DNA from: Rhynchopus sp. YZ270_cl-10
Lineage: Eukaryota
Reading direction: 5' to 3'
Length of the DNA: 64,000 bases
Assembly: GCA_964035575.1 (NCBI GenBank)
Contig: OZ037833.1
Coordinates: 1,922,001 to 1,986,000, forward strand
Shown here: piece after piece, positions 37,147 to 46,789 of the stretch
Layout: every line of letters begins with the position of its first letter
How positions within the stretch are numbered: the stretch's first letter is position 1
Notes under the pieces: model-generated
What the model was told of the DNA's origin: nothing
Database searches by the model: none
What the model saw: the letters and a program-made list of their open reading frames with translations, nothing else
Position numbers and translations under genes: made by a program

Positions 37147-38075
37147 GCTGTCTGCATCGAATTCAAATGAAATGCTTGCATGGCGTGCGAATGTCCAGCC
37201 TGATATGCCTGCATCTGCGACTGTTGCGCCATTGAATTCTTCAACATAGCAACTTCCTCCTTTAAGTGCCGCACTTCTTCTGCCTTCTTCATATCATCGA
37301 AGGACACCTTCAAGCGGTTCAGCTGCGAATGCAGCATCGACATCCCCTCTTCATTCTCCTCTCTCTCCCTCTCCCTTTCTCTCTCCCTCTCCATGTCACG
37401 TCCAATTAACCGTTCTCTTTCCCTTTCCCTTTCCCTTTCCATCCGATCATCGTATACTACAGTATGTGAGACCGATGCAGATCGCTCTGGGCGCTTTGGT
37501 GATATCGCTCTCTCATCGTCTCTGATTGGGGTGCGTGGAGTGTGAGGCATCACCAATGATCTGCTGACGGAGTTGTAATGCACGCCGTGGTATGCGCTCC
37601 CTTCTTGGTTGAGTTGATGTGGGGGGCACCACACAGCAGCTTCTACTGGCTCGCCTTTGCGAATATAACCTGGTGCTGCGGTGCTTTTGGTGTAGGGTGT
37701 TTCCTGAGGAGGAGCTGGTGGTGGTGCAGGGGTGCGGGTTGGAGACACGGAGTAGGTGAAACGGTTTGCTGCCGCAGGGGTGTAGTTTCGTGGGTCGTTT
37801 GCGGGTGAGTCAGGACGCAGGGCAAGAGGTGATATCGCCCGCGGTGCACCTACTGCAGCTTTAGGGGATCCGACAGGTGGTGAATGCGCAGACCCCCTGC
37901 GCCGTCTCGACGCCATCGTTGTCCCGTCGCCACGTGACCGGCCCCTCCCCTCAGACCCAGTGCTGCGCTCCTTCGAAGAGGCACGTCGACGGCCCTTCTC
38001 AGTATGTGGTTGTGCGGTCGTAGATGCATGAGAGGAATGACCTGCTCGGCTCCGCCCTACAGAAGGCAGGGGCAT
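36508..38075 (-). CDS. Hypothetical low-complexity Pro/Gln/Arg-Glu-rich protein with coiled coil; probably 2 exons
   Basis: Start MPLPSVGR at 38075. Predicted intron 36607-36728 (GTATG..CAG), last exon ILGIEATP...VQKF*. Confidence 0.7.
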
Positions 38076-38786
38076 TGTGTGGTGTCTTTCTGGGGTTTTT
38101 GGGGTAAATGGATGTAACAAAAAATTGACTTGAAATACAACAGCCCTTTCGTGAACAGTGTACCTTTGGTGCATGACCGGGTGTACCGAGGGGGGGTGGA
38201 CACCCAACCATGCAGTTCTACCATTTCGTGGTTTACATCTGATATGATAAAAAAAGGGAGAGTGTGGTTTTGTTTTTTGCCCTGCTACTCACCTTGAATA
38301 CTCGAAGATCTTTATGAACACCGAGTCTGGGGGGAGGGGGGAAATGATCTTCACCACCGAAAAAAAAAACCCTGTTGAAAAGGATAATGTGCTCGTCAGA
38401 GCACGCTCTCTCTCTCTCTCTCTCTCTCTTCTTTTTCCCCTTTTCCTTGGCAAAAGCGGTGTGCCATAGACATACACACACACAATACAAAAAAAAAAAA
38501 AATCCCCAGACAAGACACCTTTATTTAAATTGTTTGTCACCCCTAATATCTGCAGTATTTTCCATTTTTTTCGTTGCCCCATGAGGCTAGACGTAACCCT
38601 CCAGACCTGAAACAAAAAGCTTTTTGGCCACCCCCTTGTGAGCCAATCTCCACCGAAGCAAGTTGTCGTTTTTTGTTTAAAAAGGGGGCATGGGGGTTTG
38701 TGTGGGGGGATGGGGGGTTAAAGTAACTTATCATATCGTATCGACACTTTGAAAAAAAATAAAGTAAAAAGAAAAACGGAGGGGGT

Positions 38787-39473
38787 CTACTTCGACTGGG
38801 GGTGGTTGGCGACGTACTCAACGGCGTTCTCAACGGTGAGGAGCTTTTCCGCCTGTTGTGTTTTTAAGTTAAATTATTTGATTTTTTTTCCACAAAAGTA
38901 GTCAGCTTTTACAAAATTGGACGGAGATAGTGAAAATCTTACTGAACAATACAACACAGTACGGGTTTTCGCATACCTCGTTGTCAGGGATGTCCAGAAG
39001 GAACTCCTGCTCGAATGCCATCACAACCTCAACCTGGTCCAGGGAGTCAAGACCCAGGTCGTTGATGAAGTGTGCGGTGGGTGTCACCTTGTCTGCCGGC
39101 ACCTTCTGGAAGTTCTTGACCACATCGATGATACGCTTCTCGGTGTCTGCGCGGTCAAGGAAGTAAGATCTGTTGAGGGAAAGAACGGATGCAAAACATA
39201 AAAGTGCAAATGCCTCACCGTTCATCGACGCAGGTACTGATTCTCCGTGGGAAATAAAGACGAAGTTGAACTTAAACCGGAGTGATTAGTTACCTTTAAA
39301 ATGCATGGAGAAAAGAAACGGAAGCTGGAAGAAAAAGAAAGGTATCCTATTGAACCTAAGCCTCTTTGTTTCAGTCACAAAAATAATAACAACAATAAAA
39401 CCCCACAATACCTTCCAAGGTGTGCGCGCGCCAGAGGCGCAACTCTGCTTGCTGCCACGAATCCACGGAACAT
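38787..39473 (-). CDS. ACP: Mitochondrial acyl carrier protein; 3 exons
   Basis: DLGLDSLDQVEVVMAFEQEF phosphopantetheine motif; presequence MFRGFVAASRVAPLARAHLG. Exons 39473-39412, 39169-38977 and 38852-38787. Confidence 0.95.
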
Positions 39474-39624
39474 TTTGGGGTTTTGTTCTTCGTCCGACGT
39501 TGCTGCAAAGGGTGTATGAATTATCTACTTTGTGGTTTGGGGAGGAGAGGACACACAACACACACACAAAACGTTACCACCCCACTTTTTTCTTCGTACA
39601 ACTCTAACAGGGAAGGGGGCCTAT

Positions 39625-41343
39625 TCAAAGACGAAAGGGCGAGGTGATGGGAGGGGAGGTGACCGGCTTTGGTGAGAGCGCGGCTACGGGGAGGGGGAGG
39701 GGGACTGGGTGGGGTAATGCGTTTGGGTGTATAAAGGCGAGTTTTGCGAGGTCTTGGGTGGCGCTGTGGTGCTCTGCACGGGAGAGCTTTGCGGCGTCTG
39801 CGGCCTGTTGGAGGAGTGTGTCTTGAAGATGGTAGTCCTTCACGCGGGCAGCGTGTTCAGAGGCAATCTCACGTTCTGCAGCTTGTGTTGTGGCCAAAAG
39901 GGTCTCCGCCTCAGAGAGACTCAAAGCCACCTCTGCAATGCCCTGCTTCAACGCAACGACATCCTGCGCGCCGGTCTGCTCATCAAACACCACAGTCTCA
40001 TCTAGCAACTGTGCCTGCGCCAACTGTCCCCGTGTACTCTCTGTCTCCTCAGCAATGTCTCGCAAAGCTGCCTCCAAAGTCTTCAGGTTAACCTCCAGGT
40101 CGGTAGCCAAAGCCCGCTCCTTTGCTGCGCCTGAAGCGCATCGAGCTGCGTTTGCTCGGGTATCGAGGAGAATGTTTTGTGCGAGTGTAACCGCCTTCTG
40201 TTTGTTCTCTGCCATCAAGGAAACCTCTTGATACGAAGTGGATGTCGTGTTGGCGGCAGCCTGCGACGCATTGAGTGATGCATACGCCTCCTTCTCGAGT
40301 TGGAGGACGCCGTCGAAGTCCATGTTTGCGGAGGTGAGTTGGTCTTCTGTTCGATGAACAATGCGTTGTGCTTCAAGCGAAGCGTCTGAGGATTTGCGTT
40401 CACTCTGCCTGCAACGGTCCAACTCCAGCTTTGCTTTGACACTGAGGTCTCTTTTGCGCGCGACATCCGCTTCTTGCGCTTTGAGTGCGCTTATCATTTC
40501 TTGCAGCGTGACTTCAGATTCGACCAACGCAGAGTCATGCTGTGTTACCAATGACGTTGCTGCAGCGAGCGCACGTTGCGCTTCTGCGTGGTGCACCCTT
40601 GCAGCCTCATCCTGGGAGAGCGACGCTTGGAGGTCACGTTGCAGCTTTTCCACTGCAGCCTTCTTTGCACCAGAGGACTCTGCGATGGTAGCGATCTGCC
40701 CAAGCAATGTGTTCTGCGTCTGCTGTGTCTGCGAATGTGCCACCTCCGACTCTCTAAGCTGATGAACGGAGTCTGCCATATCCGCCTCCACCTTGGCAAG
40801 ACTTGCTACTGCTTCCGCCTCTGCGAGGGCCGCAGCTTCTCCTTCTGCCGCAAAGCGTTCAGATATGACACGCTGTTCATCCGCCTGGGCACGAACGTGT
40901 TGTGTTGAAAGAAGCACCTCTGCCATCTTCGCCTCCAACGCCGCAAGCGACGTCGTGCAGCGTGCAATATCATTTGTTGCTAGACCGCTCTGCTCCACAG
41001 AGCGTGCATAGTTGAGCGTCGCCGTGCGGGCAGCCTCCTGCAGCCTCGACATCTCTTGGCTAAGCACTTCCACCGCGCTTTCGACTGCATCAGTCTCACG
41101 TTTAGCTTGCTCCAGAGCATTCGCCGACTGTTCTACCCGCACCCCCGCACCCTGTGCAGTTTGAGACTGACGCATCATGTGTTCATGTAGTACCCCAGCC
41201 TTTCCTCCCGCAGCAGCCGCCTGTGTACCAACCCCCGAAGCGATGCTTCCGACAACTGCTGCGTCCACCGAGGCAGCCACTTCTAGTCGTACCCTCGCCC
41301 GCGCTTCTGCTGCATTCCGTTGGGCGTGTATACCCTCCATCAT
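39625..41343 (-). CDS. Ala/Gln/Glu-rich coiled-coil protein (~570 aa)
   Basis: Long ORF. Probable start MMEGIHAQ at 41343; the upstream extension in the ORF track runs into repeat family R. Confidence 0.8.
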   Translation of the reverse strand: MMEGIHAQRNAAEARARVRLEVAASVDAAVVGSIASGVGTQAAAAGGKAGVLHEHMMRQSQTAQGAGVRVEQSANALEQAKRETDAVESAVEVLSQEMSRLQEAARTATLNYARSVEQSGLATNDIARCTTSLAALEAKMAEVLLSTQHVRAQADEQRVISERFAAEGEAAALAEAEAVASLAKVEADMADSVHQLRESEVAHSQTQQTQNTLLGQIATIAESSGAKKAAVEKLQRDLQASLSQDEAARVHHAEAQRALAAATSLVTQHDSALVESEVTLQEMISALKAQEADVARKRDLSVKAKLELDRCRQSERKSSDASLEAQRIVHRTEDQLTSANMDFDGVLQLEKEAYASLNASQAAANTTSTSYQEVSLMAENKQKAVTLAQNILLDTRANAARCASGAAKERALATDLEVNLKTLEAALRDIAEETESTRGQLAQAQLLDETVVFDEQTGAQDVVALKQGIAEVALSLSEAETLLATTQAAEREIASEHAARVKDYHLQDTLLQQAADAAKLSRAEHHSATQDLAKLAFIHPNALPHPVPLPLPVAALSPKPVTSPPITSPFRL

Positions 41344-42526
41344 GTTTTCTAATATGGTTCTGAGTGAATGATGTGAACAGGATGGGGAGTCGGGTGGTAT
41401 TATAGCAGGGGATGTGTAGGATGTTTTGAAGAGAAAAAAGAGGGAAAAAGGGGGGAGATTTTGATATTTTTTGAATATCACGACAGGAGTGGGGGTGGGA
41501 GTGGGAGGAGGAGCAGTGGTCGCGCTAATTATGGGAAAAAATGGGGGAAAAATGGATTTCGGGTACGGAAAAACGTTCCTTGAAAAGGTTAGCTGGGGAG
41601 GCCCGGAAACCCCGTTTTGTGGCATTTCCGGGCCAATCCCGGCTTGTGGTGGGGTATATACGGAAAAATGGACAAAATTTTAGTGACTTAAATTTTCGCA
41701 AAATATGAACCCATACCCGTAAACAAGGGTCATTTTCAGGAAAATTCGGAAAATTCCGAGATTTGGAAGCAATTTTTCTCCTGAAAATCAGTGGGTTTTC
41801 AGCCCCAAAACATACCGCGATTGGAATTTCCGGAATCCGTCCGCGCTGTGGTGGGGTCACTTTGCCGAAATGGCCAATTTTTTGGTTTTGGTCAAAATCC
41901 ATGTGGGTAAAGAGGGCCAATGTAAATCCCACAACCAGATTTTCTCTCCCTGATCCTGACGTCTTGCAACATGAAAATGCGCGAAAACACCGGCATTTGC
42001 ATTTCCGGAATTCGTCCGTTCTGTGGTGGGGTCAATTTGCCGAAATGGACAAGTTCTTGGTTTTGGTCAAAACCCGTCAGTGTAAGGTAAAGGGGGCAAG
42101 TGTTTGCCTGTAGAAACTGGAAGGGAACAGGCAGCGCCGCAGGCGCACGGTAACCAACTTTTTTTTTTTTTTTCCTTTTCTTTTTTCTCCTCTTTCTTTT
42201 GACTTTCCGAGCCAATTGCGTTCCACGGCGGGGTCACATGTATATGCAAGTCCACTATGTGGTGGTCTTACTCAACAATATTAGAACTTCTGGTTTCTTA
42301 ATGAAATCCCCGTACTGCAAAAAAAAAACGTTCCTACCAAAACCCCCAAAAATCCCGGGATGAGGGATGGACTTTAGCGCGAGCTCTGAGGAGGAGGGGG
42401 GGGGGTTTTTTTTTTGTGTGAAATCTAATTTATTTGAGATCTAATACGACAAAAAAAAAAAGAATCTATAATTTTGATGTTTTGGTACATCATTTTAACA
42501 ATGGTTTTTTTTGGTAATATTTATTT

Positions 42527-43327
42527 TTACCTGTAGAGACCAGGAGTTTGCAGCTCTACGGTGGCGCCGTTGCATTTTGTGAGCATTTTTCCGCTGCCGT
42601 CGAGTTTGCAATAAAGGTCGTCTACACGACGGCGGCTGACGTTGCCGAACCAGCGACCCCACTCTGTGCACACGGAGTTGTTGACGATTTCGTTCATGCA
42701 GTTGTTGATGAGGAAGAACATGTTGGAGTGCGTGCCGTAGTGGCCCCAGTCGCTTGCGTCTGCGCAGAGGATGTCGTATAGACGCCGTGCATCGCCTCTG
42801 TGGAAGCCAATGCGCGTTTTGAAATCGCCCGCATTGTTGATGTACGACGACTCGACGGCGCAGCGGATGCAGCGCTTCACCACCGCCTTCTCAAGCTCGT
42901 CGAAGGGCATGAGCTTGCGTGTCTGCTTCTGTCGTGGCGGTGGGAGGCCTTCTTGAAAGCTTGCGTCGTGGTGCTCGTAGAGCTTCTGGTAGCGGTTGTT
43001 CTGCATGTCTGGCGGGGGTGGTCCGAAGGCGGGTGGGGGTATGGTGGGGTAGTTCATGTGGGGTGTGGCCTGCTGGTTCTGCTGTTTGTTGAGTTCGAGC
43101 ATGACTTCGTTGCGGAAGCGGCGCTCGGCATAGCCGACGTCGCGTTTGCTCAGCTTGAACTCACCTTCGCGGTCGACCTCACTCTTGTGCCGTGCCATAC
43201 GCATCAGACAACGATCACGGTCATTCAGATTCGCATCCGAATCCTGCAAAACTCGAAACCCCAACCCCGCCCCATACGTCCCGCTAGACCGTACACTAGC
43301 AGCAGGGGAGGTCGGGCGTGAGTACAT
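42527..43327 (-). CDS. Hypothetical protein (~266 aa)
   Basis: Probable start MYSRPTSP; GC-rich coding composition. The ORF track's upstream ATG at 43474 is the C box of a snoRNA-like copy. Confidence 0.75.
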   Translation of the reverse strand: MYSRPTSPAASVRSSGTYGAGLGFRVLQDSDANLNDRDRCLMRMARHKSEVDREGEFKLSKRDVGYAERRFRNEVMLELNKQQNQQATPHMNYPTIPPPAFGPPPPDMQNNRYQKLYEHHDASFQEGLPPPRQKQTRKLMPFDELEKAVVKRCIRCAVESSYINNAGDFKTRIGFHRGDARRLYDILCADASDWGHYGTHSNMFFLINNCMNEIVNNSVCTEWGRWFGNVSRRRVDDLYCKLDGSGKMLTKCNGATVELQTPGLYR

Positions 43328-43404
43328 TGTGTAAAGGGGAGGGGCTGTGTGGGGGGGAGGGGTGGTGTGGGTGTGGGGGTTTGGGTGAAGTGAAGTGTGG
43401 GTTG

Positions 43405-43474
43405 TCAGCATTGTCGTTAACTTCGTTATAGACTTCAGATTGCGGTGTTGACAATTATTATGTGGATTCATCAT
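43405..43474 (-). ncRNA. Box C/D snoRNA-like, type A copy 1
   Basis: ATGATGA (C box), internal CTGA (D') and terminal CTGA (D box); 70 nt. Confidence 0.75.
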
Positions 43475-43637
43475 TTTGGGGGGAGGGAAAGAAGAATAGA
43501 TTCATATACTTTCAGTTCACAGAATTGAAAGTATTTGAGAGGGTCAACACAGGCACCCTTTCTTCTGAAAGAAGAGAAATGAGTGTTGGTTGATAATTTG
43601 ATTTATGTGATTATTTTGTGGCTGGGGGAGAGGTTTG

Positions 43638-43707
43638 TCAGCATTGTCGTTAACTTCGTTATGGACTTCAGATTGCGGTGTTGACAATTATTATGTGGAT
43701 TCATCAT
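43638..43707 (-). ncRNA. Box C/D snoRNA-like, type A copy 2
   Basis: Near-identical to copy 1; similarity stops close to the C and D boxes. Confidence 0.75.
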
Positions 43708-43843
43708 TTTTTTCGGGGGGGGGGGTGTCGTTGTGATACACGACGGGACCCAGTAGTGAAAAATAAAAATGACAAGTGAAAGGTGACTAGTGAACCACTT
43801 GTCATGACAAGTGATTGACTTGTCATTTCACTTATAAAATGAC

Positions 43844-43997
43844 GCTTGTCGCTTGTCGCTTGTCGCTTGTCGCTTGTCGCTTGTCGCTTGTCGCTTGTCG
43901 CTTGTCGCTTGTCGCTTGTCGCTTGTCGCTTGTCGCTTGTCGCTTGTCGCTTGTCGCTTGTCGCTTGTCGCTTGTCGCTTGTCGCTTGTCGCTTGTC
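43844..43997. repeat. (GCTTGTC)n 7-bp satellite, ~22 copies
   Basis: Perfect tandem array. Confidence 0.97.
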
Positions 43998-44079
43998 ACT
44001 GGGTACTGTCGTGTAAGGAGGAAGGGAAGAAAACTCGAAGAGAATAATAGAATAGATGAGTGTGGTGGAAGAGAGGTTG

Positions 44080-44149
44080 TCAGCATTGTCGTTAACTTCG
44101 TTATGGACTTCAGATTGCGGTGTTGACAATTGGTATGTGGATTCATCAT
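44080..44149 (-). ncRNA. Box C/D snoRNA-like, type A copy 3
   Basis: C, D' and D boxes intact. Confidence 0.75.
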
Positions 44150-44209
44150 TAAGTGAAACAACGCTCTGAACAGTCGTCGAGAAGCAGAGTTGTGTCTTTG
44201 TACGTGGTA

Positions 44210-44290
44210 TCAGCATTGTCTTTGACTTCGTAAGCAGAAAAGCTTCAGATTGCGGTGTTGACAATAATTTTGGAATTGGATTTTCATCAT
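44210..44290 (-). ncRNA. Box C/D snoRNA-like, type B copy 1
   Basis: ATGATGA...TTGTCAACACCGCAATCTGA...GACAATGCTGA; diverged from type A outside the box-adjacent blocks. Confidence 0.72.
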
Positions 44291-44425
44291 TACCGAAAAT
44301 AACAGTGTGCTAAGGATTTTTTCAGCCTCAAAATTTGAACAAAAATAGGGCAAAAAATAAGTGCAAACGCCGCGGGGGAGGAGAAAGAAGAAAAAATGGT
44401 AGGTAGGGGATACTTCCCTTAGTGT

Positions 44426-44495
44426 TCAGCATTGTCGTTAACTTCGTTATGGACTTCAGATTGCGGTGTTGACAATTATTATGTGGATTCATCAT
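44426..44495 (-). ncRNA. Box C/D snoRNA-like, type A copy 4
   Basis: C, D' and D boxes intact. Confidence 0.75.
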
Positions 44496-44661
44496 AGGTG
44501 GCTATATGGAACAAAATACACTGCAAAAAGGAAATATTCGGTGCAATGAAACGAACCGATTACGAATGTCTCAACACATCGTGCAAGGGAACATTGAGTG
44601 AAATTAAGTGAAACAACAACTCTAATAAGTGGTCGAGAAGCAGAGTTGTGCTTTGTTGGCA

Positions 44662-44743
44662 TCAGCATTGTCTTTTGACTTCGTTAGCAGAAAAGCTTCA
44701 GATTGCGGTGTTGACAATAATTTTGAAATTGGAATGTCGTCAT
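44662..44743 (-). ncRNA. Box C/D snoRNA-like, type B copy 2
   Basis: C box variant ATGACGA; D' and D CTGA intact. Confidence 0.68.
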
Positions 44744-45297
44744 ATACTTAGCGATCGAAGACGCGATCTTCGGTGGGAATTTTTTCCCCCATCGATTTTG
44801 ACCAAAAGAAAGTTGCGTATATTTAAATATTGCCAATACTGAATACGTGAAGGGGCTACGAATGTCGGGGGGGGAATGACTTTTTTTTTGTGATTTTTTT
44901 GTGAAAGTGGCTGAATAGACCACTCTCTGATTTTGTCACGGCAAAAAAAATAGCCGTCACAACTGGGGATTGGGTTTGGGGGGTTACTCACAGAAAGGAG
45001 CATAACAAAACGAAAAGGAGTCTTCACCCACCGTCTCCTTCCCTTTGCCTTTGCATCCTTCCTCGTTGTTGATCTCAAGTTTTTTTATTTCATTGCTTCT
45101 TGAAAATATATTTGGAACATATTTTTTTAAAACCCCGCCCCACCTCTTTTCCTCACCCCACCCACCCCTGTCCCCCCTCCCCAACAGAACAAATGATGAA
45201 AGGGCCGTAAACGAGAAAAATACAAAATGGGGTTGGTTTTCTTCTTCTTCTTCTTCCCTCACGGGGGTGAGGGTGGTGAAATTTAAAGCCTCAGCGC

Positions 45298-46364
45298 TTA
45301 CTTCAGGCCAGTCTTCTCTGCGGCGGCCTTCTTGGCGGCCTCCTTGCGTGCAACACGTGCAAGACGGATACCCACGAACTGTGTGTTGTAGTTTTGTGGC
45401 ATGTGTTAAAAGTTACTTGTGTCTCTTGTCTGTAAGTTTCGTGGCACTGAAGCATTCATCAACTTCTGCAAAAAAAATGGCACAGATCCACTGCTAATCC
45501 ATGTGCGCACATGACTAGGATCAACCAGGTTTCTTGTCACTCTAATCGGGGGATTGCTCCCCTGAGATCAGTGATCAAAGAGCCTAATGACGGTTGATAT
45601 ATTCCGGCTTCTGTGAAGAAGCCTTTAAAATCACCCCATTCGGAGACGTTTCTCCATTTTTTGTGTTGATTTTTTTCCCCCAACAAAGACATTACCTTCT
45701 CGTCACGGCTCTTGGCACGGAGGTAGTTGTAGATGAGACGGCTCTTCTCGTCCTTGGAGACGTCACGGGGGGCCTCGTGGGAGTCGGCCTTGACAAGGGG
45801 GAGCACCTGGGTGTGGGTGTTCTGGGTCACAGCCTTGAGCTGCTCGGAGGAGGCCTCGGCGACGGCTCCCTTGGTGGCCTTGACACCTCCCTTGAGGGGG
45901 AAGAGGATGAGCTTGCTCAGGTACTCCTTCAGGCGGAGGGTGTTCTTGGCGAGCCCCTCGTCGGAGTGGTTGCGGCGACGGTGGTCCACGGCAACTCCAA
46001 TGGTGCGTGCGTACCTCGAGGTCACGCCACAGGCCTTCAGCTCCTCAAGGGTGAATCTGTGGGTGCAGTGTGTAGAGCGAAGATAGCCACATTGTGAAAC
46101 AAAAAGTAAATAAAAAATGACATACCCCTTTCCTGCGCGGGACTTCATGTTGTACCTCTGGGTGCATGACTGCACAACGGGGCGAAGGGCTCCTCCCGAC
46201 GGGCGGGGGAAGATGGCCTTAGCCTTCTGCTGACGCCTCACACGGCGGGCCTTCTTCTGGTGTGCCTGCTGGAAGAAGGTCTTGATGTGTCCCTTCTGGG
46301 AGGACTCGGGGTTCCAGTGCTTGCGGAAGTGGTTACGGGGGATGGCCTGGTTGTGCTTCGGCAT
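45298..46364 (-). CDS. RPL13: 60S ribosomal protein eL13; 3 exons
   Basis: Motifs HFRKHW, PRP..LRPVV, RYNMKSRAGKGFTLEELK, VDHRRRN and LKEYLSKLILFP. Exons 46364-46126, 46056-45696 and 45378-45298. Confidence 0.97.
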
Positions 46365-46789
46365 TTTAAAAAAGGGGTTGTGTGGGTGTGTTGAGAAGAG
46401 AAGCTGGACGTTGATAGGGTTTTTTGAGGAAGTAGCAAAGAGGAGGGGTATTGGTATTTGAAAAGGGAGGAGGTGCGATATATTTTGAGAGGACCGTATG
46501 GCCGTCCGCGAAATGAAGAAAAATCAGGTTTAATCTAAATGAGAAATGGAACTGACGGTAGGGTCAGTTATCTTTGTTAATATTATTCAGTGAGAAAAAG
46601 AGAAGTTGAAAGTGCAAAACACCTCACCGTACATCGAATGCATGGGGGGTGGTTCTCCGCGGGGGTTTGCAAACCCCAGAGAGCATTTTTCAACATAAAA
46701 AAAAAAGGATTGATAAGATGCTAAGTCTTGCTTAGTCACCTCAAAAAAAGATCTAAGGAGCCTCAAAACCCCGAATTTTTTTTGGCATT

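Noticed and set aside
43405..44743. CRISPR-like repeat-spacer array
   Set aside because: Repeats are 70-82 nt with C/D boxes, spacers are irregular, there are no cas genes and the context is eukaryotic.
45436..45463. Hammerhead-like UGAUGA...GAAAC on the minus strand
   Set aside because: The core reads UUGAUGA instead of CUGAUGA and stems I-III cannot be formed convincingly.
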